Shown: positions 41,061 through 50,727, counted from the stretch's first letter. The stretch is DNA of 64,000 bases from Deferribacterales bacterium (GCA_050253075.1 JBFWJS010000002.1:256001-320000), one strand, 5' to 3'. Notes: generated by a model not told the origin, from the letters alone. A program made the numbers and translations.

Positions 41061-41985
41061 TTTTATAAAATCCGCCGCAGCCGGAGGCGCTCTTCTTCTC
41101 TCCCCAATGGGAGCTCATGCAGACGAAACCGACCTTAAGGCGGATGACGAAGCAGTAGGCATGCTTTATGACTCTACGCTCTGCGTAGGCTGCAAGGCGT
41201 GTGTGACCAGATGTAAGCAGGTAAACGACATGGAGGCTGTCTCATCTCCTAATGATAATGACAGACTCTGGGACTCTCCTGATGATCTGGACTACAGAAC
41301 AAGAAACATCATCAAACTTTTCAAAGACGACGAATACTTCTCATACGTGAAGCATCAGTGCATGCACTGTATCAAGCCTTCATGTGTTTCTGCCTGCCCT
41401 GTCAGCGCAATGCAGAAAGAAGAGAAACGCGGTATCGTCTTCTATGACAAAGATAAGTGTATCGGATGCCGTTACTGTCAGGTAGCGTGCCCGTTCAACA
41501 TACCTAAATTTGAGTGGCCGAAACCTTTCCCTAAGATAGTGAAATGCGACCTTTGCAAATACACTAACCTTAAGGTGAAGAACGAACCTGCATGCTGTGA
41601 AACATGCCCTACAAGTGCTGTTATCTACGGTAAGCGTAAAGACCTGCTCAAAGAAGCAAAGATGCGCATGGCCGCCCATCCTGAGAAATATCAGCAGGAG
41701 ATATACGGCGAGCATGAGGTAGGGGGTACAAATGTTATCTACCTCGCAGGCACATCTTTCGAAAACCTCGGCTTCCCTATGCTGGAGAAAGAATCCGCCG
41801 CTGTTATGTCTGAGCACATTCAGCACACTATCTACAAGGGCTTCATAGCTCCTGTGGCTCTTTACGGATTCCTCGCTATGGTCGCTCTGAAAAACAGAAA
41901 GACAGCGCATCAGGTAGAACAGGAACACGAGATAGACCATGAGATAGAAGAAGAACTGAAGAAAAAAGATGAGGGGGATAAGTAA
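41041..41985 (+). CDS. hybA: Hydrogenase-2 Fe-S subunit
   Basis: Tat TRRDFIK, YDSTLCVGCKAC, four 4Fe-4S motifs, C-terminal TM. Confidence 0.92.
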   Translation: MKKTRRDFIKSAAAGGALLLSPMGAHADETDLKADDEAVGMLYDSTLCVGCKACVTRCKQVNDMEAVSSPNDNDRLWDSPDDLDYRTRNIIKLFKDDEYFSYVKHQCMHCIKPSCVSACPVSAMQKEEKRGIVFYDKDKCIGCRYCQVACPFNIPKFEWPKPFPKIVKCDLCKYTNLKVKNEPACCETCPTSAVIYGKRKDLLKEAKMRMAAHPEKYQQEIYGEHEVGGTNVIYLAGTSFENLGFPMLEKESAAVMSEHIQHTIYKGFIAPVALYGFLAMVALKNRKTAHQVEQEHEIDHEIEEELKKKDEGDK

Positions 41986-43184
41986 TGGCCGGTCATCACG
42001 ATGAATATCATATCCACAGGGCAAAAATCCTGACCCCTGCATTCTATGTGCTCCTCTTTTTCACCGCTTTAGGATTTGTCCTTGTCGGTGTACGTTTTGT
42101 AAAAGGTATCGGAGCAGTTTCAAACATGTCTGACGGATACCCATGGGGTATCTGGATCGCCTACGACGTTGCTACCAGTACGGCTCTTGCCTGTGGTGGT
42201 TACGCCATGGCTATCATCATATACATTATGAACCGCATGACATACCACCCGCTGATACGTTCTGCGCTGGTTACAAGTATGTTCGGTTACATGCTCGCCG
42301 GTCTCTCCGTTATGGTGGATATCGGACGCTACTGGAACGCTTACAGTTTCCTCCTGCCTACACGCTGGCAGCCGAACTCTGTAATGTTCGAAGTTGCCGT
42401 GTGTATCATGGCATACAACGTAGTTCTCATGCTGGAAGTTCTCCCTGCTATTCTTGAGAGATTCATCCACGCTGAAACTACAAGGTTCCCCGCTGTTAAG
42501 CGTTTCGCTATGAAAATATATCCGAAGCTGGACAAAGTGCTCATCTTCATCGTGGTACTCGGTATCACCCTGCCGACAATGCACCAGTCCTCACTCGGCT
42601 CTATGCTTATCATCGCAAAGTCAAAGGTGAATCCTATCTGGCACACAGAGTTTCTCCCTCTGCTCTTTGTGATAAACGCGCTTTATATCGGTTACTCCGT
42701 AGTTGTGTTTGAGTCATTCGCATCATCTATGGCATTTAACAGACCGTTCGAAAAAGAAACACAGAGACTTTCAAGGGTTATCCCTTACGTCACTGCAGTA
42801 TGGCTGACACTCCGCTTCTGGGACCTCTATAACAGAGGCCAGCTCGGCGCAGCTTTCGCAGGCGACTATAACTCTATGATGTTCGTGAGTGAGATCGTCC
42901 TCATCACAGGCGGCTCATTCATACTGATGTGGAAGCAGTACAGGTCATCCCCCAGGATGGTCTTCATATCTGCGATGTTCCTCCTTGTGGGGGGCGGCTG
43001 GTATCGTTTCAACGTTTACCTGCTCGGCTTCAACCCGCACGGAAACTGGAGCTACTTTCCGTCTCTGCCGGAATTTTTCATTACTGTCGGTCTCATAGCA
43101 TTTGAGATACTGGGATACATGGTTCTTGTGAAGCTGTTCCCTATTATGCCTAAAGTGCACACAAATAAAGCACAGGCACACTAA
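41985..43184 (+). CDS. hybB: Hydrogenase-2 integral membrane subunit (NrfD family)
   Basis: GYPWGIWIAYDV, ACGGYA, SVMFEVA, LPTMHQSSLG. Confidence 0.92.
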   Translation: MAGHHDEYHIHRAKILTPAFYVLLFFTALGFVLVGVRFVKGIGAVSNMSDGYPWGIWIAYDVATSTALACGGYAMAIIIYIMNRMTYHPLIRSALVTSMFGYMLAGLSVMVDIGRYWNAYSFLLPTRWQPNSVMFEVAVCIMAYNVVLMLEVLPAILERFIHAETTRFPAVKRFAMKIYPKLDKVLIFIVVLGITLPTMHQSSLGSMLIIAKSKVNPIWHTEFLPLLFVINALYIGYSVVVFESFASSMAFNRPFEKETQRLSRVIPYVTAVWLTLRFWDLYNRGQLGAAFAGDYNSMMFVSEIVLITGGSFILMWKQYRSSPRMVFISAMFLLVGGGWYRFNVYLLGFNPHGNWSYFPSLPEFFITVGLIAFEILGYMVLVKLFPIMPKVHTNKAQAH

Positions 43185-43205
43185 ATATTCAGGAGATAAT
43201 TAACA

Positions 43206-44888
43206 ATGGGTAAGAGAATTACTATAGATCCAATTACCAGAATTGAAGGTCACCTCCGCATCGATTTCGAAGTCGACGGCGGTCAGGTTTCAAAAGCATG
43301 GTCCTCTGCACAGATGTGGAGAGGTATCGAAAAGATACTTATCGGTCGCGACCCTAGAGACGCTTGGGTTTTCGCACAGAGATTCTGCGGCGTATGTACA
43401 ACAGTCCACGCTATCAGCTCCATCCGTTCACTCGAGAACGCTTTCAACGTGGAAGTGCCTCTGAACGCTCAGCTCGTGCGTAACATCGTCATCGCTCAGC
43501 ACTCCGTACAGGACCACATAGTGCACTTCTACCACCTCTCGGCTCTTGACTGGGTAGACATCGTAAGCGCACTTTCCGCTGACCCTAAAAAGACAGCACA
43601 GCTCGCTCAGTCTCTTTCCGACTGGCCTGGCAACAGTGTGACAGAATTCAAAGCTGTTAAAGAGAAGCTCACAGCCTTCGTACAGACAGGCAGACTCGGC
43701 ATATTCGGCTCCGGATACTGGGGGCACCCTGCGATGAAGCTCAGCCCGGAAGTAAACCTCATGGCTGCTGCACACTACCTTAAAGCTCTCGACTATCAGA
43801 AAAAAGCAGCTCAGGCTGTTGCTATACTCGGCGGTAAAAACCCACACATACAGAACCTCTGCATGGGCGGTGTTGCCACTGCTATAAACATGGACAACGA
43901 AGCTACACTCAACATGGAGCGCGTTGCACTCATGAAGTCACTTATGACAGAGACAAGAGACTTCGTAGAAAAAGTTCTCTACAACGACGTTATCGCCATC
44001 GCCAGCATGTACCCTGAGTGGTTCAAGTACGGTAAAGGCGTAGATAACTACCTCGCTGTACCTGAATTCCCTCTTGACTCTAAAATGACAAAATTCGATA
44101 TGCGCGGCGGTATCATCCTCGACGGCGATCTTAAAAAGTTTACTCTGCTGAAAGACCACAATGATGCTTCACTCATCAACGGCATCACAGAGTCTACAAA
44201 GCACGCATGGTACAAGGATGACGAACCGAAGAAACCTTGGGACGGCGAAACAGAGCCTTACTACACAGACTTTGACCCGAACGGCAAATACTCATGGTGT
44301 AAAGCTCCTCGTCTCGACGGTAAAGCTATACAGGTCGGACCTGTTGCCCAGATCCTCGCATCATACGTTGCAGGGGACACACATGTTAAGACTCTCGTAG
44401 ACAGCGCATGTAAAAAACTCGGCATCAAAGTAACAGACCTTCAGTCTACAATGGGACGCCACGTAACACGTGCTATGCGCTCCGTTATTATGGCTAACAA
44501 ATCCCTTACATACCTCGACATGCTTATGGAGAACCTTGCTAAGGGAGATACAATCTACGCTAACCATACAGAAATGCCTAAAGGCGAGTATCAGGGCGTA
44601 GGCTTCCACGAAGCTCCTAGAGGAACACTTTCCCACTGGATGCGTGTGGAAAACGGCAAGCTCACAAACTATCAGGCAGTCGTACCTTCAACATGGAATG
44701 CAGGCCCTAGAGACGAAGCAGGCATCGCAGGCCCATACGAGGCAAGCATCATGGGCAACCCTGTGGCAGACCCTGAAAAACCTCTCGAGGTTATCAGAAC
44801 CGTACACTCGTTCGACCCATGTATCGCATGTGCTGTTCACTCCATCGACCCTGACGGTAAAGAGCTCACAAGCGTTAAGGTAAGATAA
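43206..44888 (+). CDS. hybC: [NiFe] hydrogenase-2-type large subunit
   Basis: DPITRIEGH, QRFCGVC (L1), SFDPCIACAVH (L2) plus cleavable tail. Confidence 0.95.
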   Translation: MGKRITIDPITRIEGHLRIDFEVDGGQVSKAWSSAQMWRGIEKILIGRDPRDAWVFAQRFCGVCTTVHAISSIRSLENAFNVEVPLNAQLVRNIVIAQHSVQDHIVHFYHLSALDWVDIVSALSADPKKTAQLAQSLSDWPGNSVTEFKAVKEKLTAFVQTGRLGIFGSGYWGHPAMKLSPEVNLMAAAHYLKALDYQKKAAQAVAILGGKNPHIQNLCMGGVATAINMDNEATLNMERVALMKSLMTETRDFVEKVLYNDVIAIASMYPEWFKYGKGVDNYLAVPEFPLDSKMTKFDMRGGIILDGDLKKFTLLKDHNDASLINGITESTKHAWYKDDEPKKPWDGETEPYYTDFDPNGKYSWCKAPRLDGKAIQVGPVAQILASYVAGDTHVKTLVDSACKKLGIKVTDLQSTMGRHVTRAMRSVIMANKSLTYLDMLMENLAKGDTIYANHTEMPKGEYQGVGFHEAPRGTLSHWMRVENGKLTNYQAVVPSTWNAGPRDEAGIAGPYEASIMGNPVADPEKPLEVIRTVHSFDPCIACAVHSIDPDGKELTSVKVR

Positions 44889-44890
44889 AA

Positions 44891-45382
44891 ATGCGTACTG
44901 TAGTATTTGGCGCAGGTAACCTCCTCCTTTCAGACGAAGGGCTGGGGGTTCACCTCGTGCGCAGAATGAATGAAAAATATATGCCGTCGTCGGACGTAGA
45001 ATTCTACGACGGCGGCACTATGGGTATTCTCGCCACACATAAGCTGGAAGAGACTGACCATGTCATCATCGTAGACTCCCTGGAGGCCTCAGGCACTCCG
45101 GGCGAGCTGCGTGTGTATGAAAAGAATGACATCATGCTGGACAAGATCCCTGCGAAGATGTCTCCGCATCAGATAGGCCTTCAGGAAGTCCTGACCCTCA
45201 GCGAGCTCCGTGGCAAAGCGCCTGAGACCATCACATTTTACGGTGTGATACCTGCCAGCCTCGACAGCTCAGTAGAGCTCAGCAAAGAGGTAGCAGTAAA
45301 GCTGGACGAGATAGAAGCCCTGATAATAAATGAACTGAGTGAGATGGGAATCGAGCTGAAGCAGTTCGCTGCTGCAGTTTAG
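44891..45382 (+). CDS. hybD: Hydrogenase maturation protease
   Basis: GAGNLLLSDEGLG, DGGTMG, SPHQIGL. Confidence 0.92.
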   Translation: MRTVVFGAGNLLLSDEGLGVHLVRRMNEKYMPSSDVEFYDGGTMGILATHKLEETDHVIIVDSLEASGTPGELRVYEKNDIMLDKIPAKMSPHQIGLQEVLTLSELRGKAPETITFYGVIPASLDSSVELSKEVAVKLDEIEALIINELSEMGIELKQFAAAV

Positions 45383-45398
45383 GCGATAATAGCACAAT

Positions 45399-45430
45399 AA
45401 AAAACGGCAGGGGATCTCCGCTGCCGTTTT
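45399..45430. terminator. Bidirectional terminator between hybD and the sigma54 transcript
   Basis: AAAACGGCAG...CTGCCGTTTT. Confidence 0.85.
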
Positions 45431-45680
45431 CCAGCAAACAAAACGAGAGGTAAGGGCTTGTTTGCTAAACATTTATTCAAATGTGTAATGGCCTAAAAAA
45501 AGCTCTGGAGATATAAGAGGATCTCCAGAGCAAAAAGCGGCGAAACCGCATATGCATCTTGGTTATGATTTCTTATCAACTCGGTAGTCTGATTAAAAGA
45601 GCGGAGGACTTCTCCTCCGCTCAATCAGGTATGTGGCTAAATACTTGCCTATAGTACTTAAACTTAATTCCGAGGAGTTA
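45399..45680 (-). ncRNA. Candidate sigma54-dependent multi-hairpin non-coding RNA
   Basis: Lies directly downstream of a consensus -24/-12 promoter; five stem-loops; no SD-supported ORF. Confidence 0.6.
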
Positions 45681-45691
45681 CTTTATATAAA

Positions 45692-45706
45692 GCAACGGAC
45701 GTGCCA
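45692..45706 (-). promoter_or_regulatory. sigma54 (-24/-12) promoter
   Basis: Minus strand TGGCACGTCCGTTGC = TGGCAC-N5-TTGC consensus. Confidence 0.85.
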
Positions 45707-45782
45707 AAAACGGCAAAGTTATGTAAAGCACTATAGGCTAAGTATTATTCCGAATGAGATAATTAGTTCACAGACGAAAACA

Positions 45783-45868
45783 TGACGAATATCCGCCATG
45801 GCATTTTTAACCAATTCTTATTTTCTGCATAATTACTAGATATTTAACACGATGGCGAATTTTCGCCG
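45783..45868. promoter_or_regulatory. Two palindromic candidate enhancer (UAS) sites
   Basis: TGACGAATATCCGCCA (45783-45798) and TGGCGAATTTTCGCCG (45853-45868); third copy at 47291-47306. Confidence 0.6.
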
Positions 45869-45873
45869 TAGGA

Positions 45874-47247
45874 TTATTCTTCGATGAGGCCGTATTTCTC
45901 CAGTTTATAGCGGAGAGTACCTCTCGGAGTATTTAAAAGACGTGACGTGCCGGACACATTCCCTTCGGTGATGTCCAAGGCTTTCATAAGTATCTGTTTC
46001 TCTATTTCCTGCAGTGTCTTATCCAGATCCAGCCCATCTTCGGGGATGTCTATATCACTGCATTTTTTCACTGATCGTCCCTCGGGCTGAAGCTCCACGG
46101 GGAGCATTTCAGGCGTTATGACCTCTGTATTATTCATAATGCATATCCGCTCCACCATATTTTTCAGTTCGCGAATATTTCCCGGCCAGGGGTACTGGCG
46201 AAAAACAGCCAGTGCATCTTTCGAAAAACTTTTAATATTTTTCTTAAAATCTTTATTAAACTTTTTAATGAACATCTCAAGAAGCGGAGCAATGTCCTCT
46301 GCCCTCGCCCTGAGAGGCGGGAGCTCTATGGGGAAAACGTTCAGCCTGTAATAGAGGTCTTCCCTGAAGGTCTTCTCCTCTATAGCTTCTTTCAGGTCTT
46401 TGTTTGTGGCTGCGATGATGCGGACATTTATATCTATGTTCCTTGTACCGCCGAGCCTGCGTATCTTCCTCTCTTCGAGCACACGCAGCAGCTTCACCTG
46501 CAGGTTAAGATCCATCTCGCCCAGCTCGTCGAGGAACACTGTCCCCCCTGCGGCCTCTTCCAGCAGACCTATCTTCCTCACCTTTGCATCGGTGAATGCG
46601 CCCTTTTCATGTCCGAAGAGCTCTGATTCCAGCAGGTTATACGGGAGCGATCCGCAGTTTATATCTACGAAAGGCTTATCCTTTCTGGGTGACAGCATGT
46701 GTATGGCTCTGGCAGCGACTTCCTTACCGGTTCCGCTTTCGCCTGTTATCATGACGGTGGCGTTCTCGTGCTTTGCCACCTCTTCTATCTGTTTGAAAAC
46801 GTTCACCATAGCAACGCTGGAGCCCACTATCTCAGGCAGGTCGGCTATGCCTCCCCTTCTGATGGATTTCAGCTCACGCTTCAGGCTCTGTGTTTCCAGC
46901 GCCAGCCTGACGATGAGGTGTATGGCGTCCGCCTTGAAAGGCTTCTTGATATAGTCGTATGCGCCCATTTTAAGAGCCTCTACGGCGGTCTCTACCGTGC
47001 CGTAGCCTGTTATGATGATGACGAGTATATCAGGGTCTGCTTCTTTGATCTCACGCAGGATATCAAGCCCGCTCTCCTCGCCCAGATTCATATCCAAAAG
47101 GATAAGGTCGGGGTCGTCATTAGCGAGGCGTTCGATGGTCTCCGCTCTGTTCACGGCGGATATCACCTCATAGCCTTTTGATGTGAGGGTGCGTTCTATT
47201 GTCTCTCTGATAAATTGTTCGTCGTCTACGACTAATATTCTTTCCAT
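45874..47247 (-). CDS. sigma54-dependent response regulator (NtrC/AtoC family)
   Basis: REC domain, GESGTGKE, ESELFGHEKGAFTDA, FREDLYYRLNV, Fis-type HTH. Confidence 0.95.
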   Translation of the reverse strand: MERILVVDDEQFIRETIERTLTSKGYEVISAVNRAETIERLANDDPDLILLDMNLGEESGLDILREIKEADPDILVIIITGYGTVETAVEALKMGAYDYIKKPFKADAIHLIVRLALETQSLKRELKSIRRGGIADLPEIVGSSVAMVNVFKQIEEVAKHENATVMITGESGTGKEVAARAIHMLSPRKDKPFVDINCGSLPYNLLESELFGHEKGAFTDAKVRKIGLLEEAAGGTVFLDELGEMDLNLQVKLLRVLEERKIRRLGGTRNIDINVRIIAATNKDLKEAIEEKTFREDLYYRLNVFPIELPPLRARAEDIAPLLEMFIKKFNKDFKKNIKSFSKDALAVFRQYPWPGNIRELKNMVERICIMNNTEVITPEMLPVELQPEGRSVKKCSDIDIPEDGLDLDKTLQEIEKQILMKALDITEGNVSGTSRLLNTPRGTLRYKLEKYGLIEE

Positions 47248-47290
47248 GGGATATGATTATATGACAAACGAAATAATTAGCAATGGGAAA

Positions 47291-47306
47291 CGGCGAAAAT
47301 CCGCCA
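47291..47306. promoter_or_regulatory. Third copy of the palindromic motif, upstream of the response regulator
   Basis: CGGCGAAAATCCGCCA. Confidence 0.55.
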
Positions 47307-47307
47307 C

Positions 47308-49731
47308 TTATTTTAGAGAAAATGTGATAATGAATTCGGTCCCGTTCCCTTTGGTGCTGTTTACGTCTATGACACCCTTGTGATCGGTGATTATATTGTG
47401 AGTAATGGCGAGCCCGAGCCCCGTCCCTTCGCCCTTAGTGGTATAGAAAGGCTCGAATATCAGCTTTATCTTTTCCTCGTCCATACCGACGCCCGTATCT
47501 TTTATATGCACTTTTATTCCTGAGATGGATTTATACGCCTTTATGCTGAGCGTACCGCCATCGGGCATTGCTTCTGCGCCGTTTTTGATGAGGTTCAGCA
47601 GAGCCTGCTTCAGCTTTGCACTCTCCATAGGAAATGGCGGGATGTTCTCTGATATATCTATTTCAAATTTTATATTCTTCTTCTCATACTGTTTCTTCAC
47701 CATGAAGACAATGTCGTCTATAACGGGGGCGATGTCCCCGTCCTTGAGCTCTATACTGGATGCACGGGCAAAGCTGAGCAGCTCTGTTATCAATGCTTCC
47801 AGTCGCTCTATCTCATTAAGCGACCTGCGTATGAGGTCCTGCTCCTCGGGCTTTCCTATCAGCATGTCGTGCAGATCGTCCAGCAGAATGCTGACGCCTG
47901 TCAGCGGGTTTCTAATCTCGTGTGCGAGCCCCGCAGAGAGCCTTCCCAGAGATGCCAGCCTCTCCATACGCTCAAGATGGGCACGCATGCTCATACGCTC
48001 CGTAACATCTTCTATGGTCAGTATCTTACCCTGATAGCTGCCTATGGACAGCGGCAGGACGGCCACACGGAAAATCTTCTTTCTTCCTGCGATGGTCACT
48101 TCGAGGTAATCGTCGAACCTCTGCACGCTGTACTGTTCTATCCCCGAACGCACGTATGTACGTATCTGAGGCAGATTCTCCGCCATTTCGTCAAAATCGA
48201 CCTCTTCTTCAAAGAAATGCACGCCAAAGATGCTTCTGGCGGAAGCGTTCATGAATGTGACCATATTTTCATGGTTTATGGTGATGACACCCGTGTCGAT
48301 ATTTTCAAATACCGTGGTCTTGAATACCTGCTCCCAGAGTAGTTCGTGGCGGTTACGCTCCAGCTCCTCCAGAGAATCCTGAAGATGCTGCCTCTGTTCG
48401 TTCAGGCTGAGAGCCATAGTGTTGAACGATTTCGCCAATACGCCTATCTCGTCGTTGCTCTTAACGTCTGCATATATGTCCAGCTTGCCCGATGCCATCT
48501 CCTTCGTGCTGGCGAGGAGTATGTTAATAGGCTTTACCAGACCTCTCGATATCTTGAAACTAACGTAAAGAACTATCATAAGGACTATTACGACATATAC
48601 CCATGACCTGAATATATAGCTCTTAAACTCGAAGCGGATAGTGTCCGACGTGACCCTTGCTGCCTTGTGGAACATATTTACCTCGGCGCCGATAGCCACC
48701 CCGCCGAATATCCTGTGTCTCTTATACTCTCCGTGTGCGAAAGGGATCGGCGCATAAGCCATGATCCTGGGAACACCGCCCACGTTTGTGACGCTGATAA
48801 CACCGCTTTTGCCAACACGCACGGCACTCGCCGCAGTTGGATAGTTTTTATGTATGAATCCTGAGAAAAGGAGATTGAAAGGACGTGTCCCCTCCTCCTG
48901 CTCCAGTGATGTAAATGGCTCCATAAGATTCCCGTCTTTGTCGTATCCTCTGATGTCTTCCTTCTTCGGGTGGGCTATCATCCAGCCGTCGTCATCAAAA
49001 AGGAATGCATAACTCCCGCTCATATACGGCGTCTTCACGGCAAGCTCCCCTGTGGGGTATATATGCTTTATCAGCTCGTCTATGTGTCTCTGGTCGAGGG
49101 AAAGTATGATAAGACCTATCTGCTTGTCTTCGTCAAAGACCTTTTTGACAAATCTGAATTCTCCCTCATAGTCCTGAGCGGAATTCTTGTCCCTGTACCA
49201 GCCAGACAAGCGGGATACGTATATGTCGTTATCTCTCATAGCCATAGCTTTGGCATAATAATCTTCTGTAAGATACGTGGTGTTTTCAGGCTTTGAGATA
49301 TCTCTCAGCATCTCTGGACGTCCGTGACGGATGCGTATCTTTTCATGCCCTGATGTATCCGCAAAGGCTATCTCGGCATAGAGGGGGACTTCCTTTTTAT
49401 ACTCCACCCCTTTCAGCTCGTCCCACAGGACACCCCTGCGTGTATCGTAAAATTTTATATAGTTAGTGTATGAAGGCGTAACAAGGGCGAGGCTGTCCGC
49501 ATCGCTCTTTATATCGCTGAGGAACATGGATATCTTATCCGCCGATGAATTCGCCACCTGTGCCAGCATATATTCTGTCTGTCCGTCGAGGGCATCGGAC
49601 GCCTTCTGACGCAGATATGTGTCGGAAAGTTTAAGCCCCGCAGATAGATATAGGAAATGGATAATGAGCGGAATAACCGCCAGACCGATGAACGCAAAAA
49701 ATATCTTTGAATAAATGGACATCTTTTTCAT
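47308..49731 (-). CDS. Sensor histidine kinase (large periplasmic Cache-like domain, HAMP, PAS)
   Basis: Two TM helices, HAMP DEIGVLAKSFN, AGLAHEIRNPL, GTGLGLAI. Confidence 0.93.
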   Translation of the reverse strand: MKKMSIYSKIFFAFIGLAVIPLIIHFLYLSAGLKLSDTYLRQKASDALDGQTEYMLAQVANSSADKISMFLSDIKSDADSLALVTPSYTNYIKFYDTRRGVLWDELKGVEYKKEVPLYAEIAFADTSGHEKIRIRHGRPEMLRDISKPENTTYLTEDYYAKAMAMRDNDIYVSRLSGWYRDKNSAQDYEGEFRFVKKVFDEDKQIGLIILSLDQRHIDELIKHIYPTGELAVKTPYMSGSYAFLFDDDGWMIAHPKKEDIRGYDKDGNLMEPFTSLEQEEGTRPFNLLFSGFIHKNYPTAASAVRVGKSGVISVTNVGGVPRIMAYAPIPFAHGEYKRHRIFGGVAIGAEVNMFHKAARVTSDTIRFEFKSYIFRSWVYVVIVLMIVLYVSFKISRGLVKPINILLASTKEMASGKLDIYADVKSNDEIGVLAKSFNTMALSLNEQRQHLQDSLEELERNRHELLWEQVFKTTVFENIDTGVITINHENMVTFMNASARSIFGVHFFEEEVDFDEMAENLPQIRTYVRSGIEQYSVQRFDDYLEVTIAGRKKIFRVAVLPLSIGSYQGKILTIEDVTERMSMRAHLERMERLASLGRLSAGLAHEIRNPLTGVSILLDDLHDMLIGKPEEQDLIRRSLNEIERLEALITELLSFARASSIELKDGDIAPVIDDIVFMVKKQYEKKNIKFEIDISENIPPFPMESAKLKQALLNLIKNGAEAMPDGGTLSIKAYKSISGIKVHIKDTGVGMDEEKIKLIFEPFYTTKGEGTGLGLAITHNIITDHKGVIDVNSTKGNGTEFIITFSLK

Positions 49732-49851
49732 TTATAGTATTTTGCAACTATCAGAGGAAAAAATAAAGGGATAAATGCTGAAATAAAATACGCCGCAGGC
49801 GTATGACCTGCGGCGTGACAAAAATAAGAAGCTTTCGCTTCGGGGGTTATA

Positions 49852-50727
49852 TTATTTCACTACGAGCTTAAGAGCTACAGGAACGTAGGCCTCGACCTTT
49901 TTACCGTCGAGAACAGCTTTCGCAGTATCTACACCCATAGAGCCGATGAAAGCAGGCTGCTGTGCAACAGTTGCAGCAAGCTCGCCGTCTTTAACAGCTT
50001 TTACAGCGTCGTCTGTGGCGTCAAAGCCGACAACGAGTATCTTTCTCTGTGTTCCCTGAATAGCTTTCAGTGCGCCGAGAGCCATTTCGTCGTTATGAGC
50101 GAAAACAGCATCGATAGCAGGCTGAGCCTGAAGGATGTTTTCCATAACGTTCAGACCTTTTGTTCTGTCGAAGTCTGCTGCCTGCCTAGCTACAACTTTC
50201 ACTGCTGATCCTTCGATAGCAGAGTTAAAGCCCTTGCCTCTGTCTCTGGCTGCGGATGTTCCGGGGATACCTTCCAGCTCGACAACATTGCCTTTCTTAC
50301 CCAGCTTTTCCATGATGAACTCGCCTGCCATTTTACCGCCTGCGATGTTGTCGGATGCGATGTGAGAAACTACGTCGCCTCTGTTTGCGCCTCTGTCGAG
50401 TGTGATAACAGGCACTTTAGCTCTGTTTGCCATCTTGATGGCGTTGCCGACTGCATCTGAATCTGTCGGGTTGATGAGGATAGCCGCTACACCTCTGGAG
50501 AGGAGGTCTTCAACGTTTGCTATCTCTTTTGCAGGGTCGTTCTGAGAATCAAGGACGACCAGATCTATTCCAAGCTCTCCTGCTTTGCTCACTGCTCCGT
50601 CTTTCAGAGTGACAAAGAAGGGGTTGTTCAGTGTGGATACCACGAGGCCGACAGTCTTTCCTGCGGCGAGTACGGGCATAGCAGCAAATGCGACCAGCGC
50701 CAGTACTGTTACTAAAATCTTTTTCAT
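49852..50727 (-). CDS. rbsB: Ribose ABC transporter substrate-binding protein
   Basis: [39 protein letters not shown]; start moved to MKKIL. Confidence 0.93.
   Translation of the reverse strand: MKKILVTVLALVAFAAMPVLAAGKTVGLVVSTLNNPFFVTLKDGAVSKAGELGIDLVVLDSQNDPAKEIANVEDLLSRGVAAILINPTDSDAVGNAIKMANRAKVPVITLDRGANRGDVVSHIASDNIAGGKMAGEFIMEKLGKKGNVVELEGIPGTSAARDRGKGFNSAIEGSAVKVVARQAADFDRTKGLNVMENILQAQPAIDAVFAHNDEMALGALKAIQGTQRKILVVGFDATDDAVKAVKDGELAATVAQQPAFIGSMGVDTAKAVLDGKKVEAYVPVALKLVVK

Noticed and set aside
43206..44888. Selenocysteine ([NiFeSe]) hydrogenase
   Set aside because: The L2 motif is DPCIAC with Cys codons and there is no in-frame TGA
45269..45556. Small minus-strand ORFs (67 aa at 45269..45472 and a 26-codon frame near 45555) as the sigma54 target
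   Set aside because: No SD; they cross terminator hairpins; the longer one overlaps hybD antisense
45399..45680. Identification as 6S RNA, tmRNA, RNase P, SRP or a CsrB-like sponge
   Set aside because: None of the conserved hallmarks are visible, and most GGA motifs lie in stems rather than loops; a formal Rfam scan is still needed
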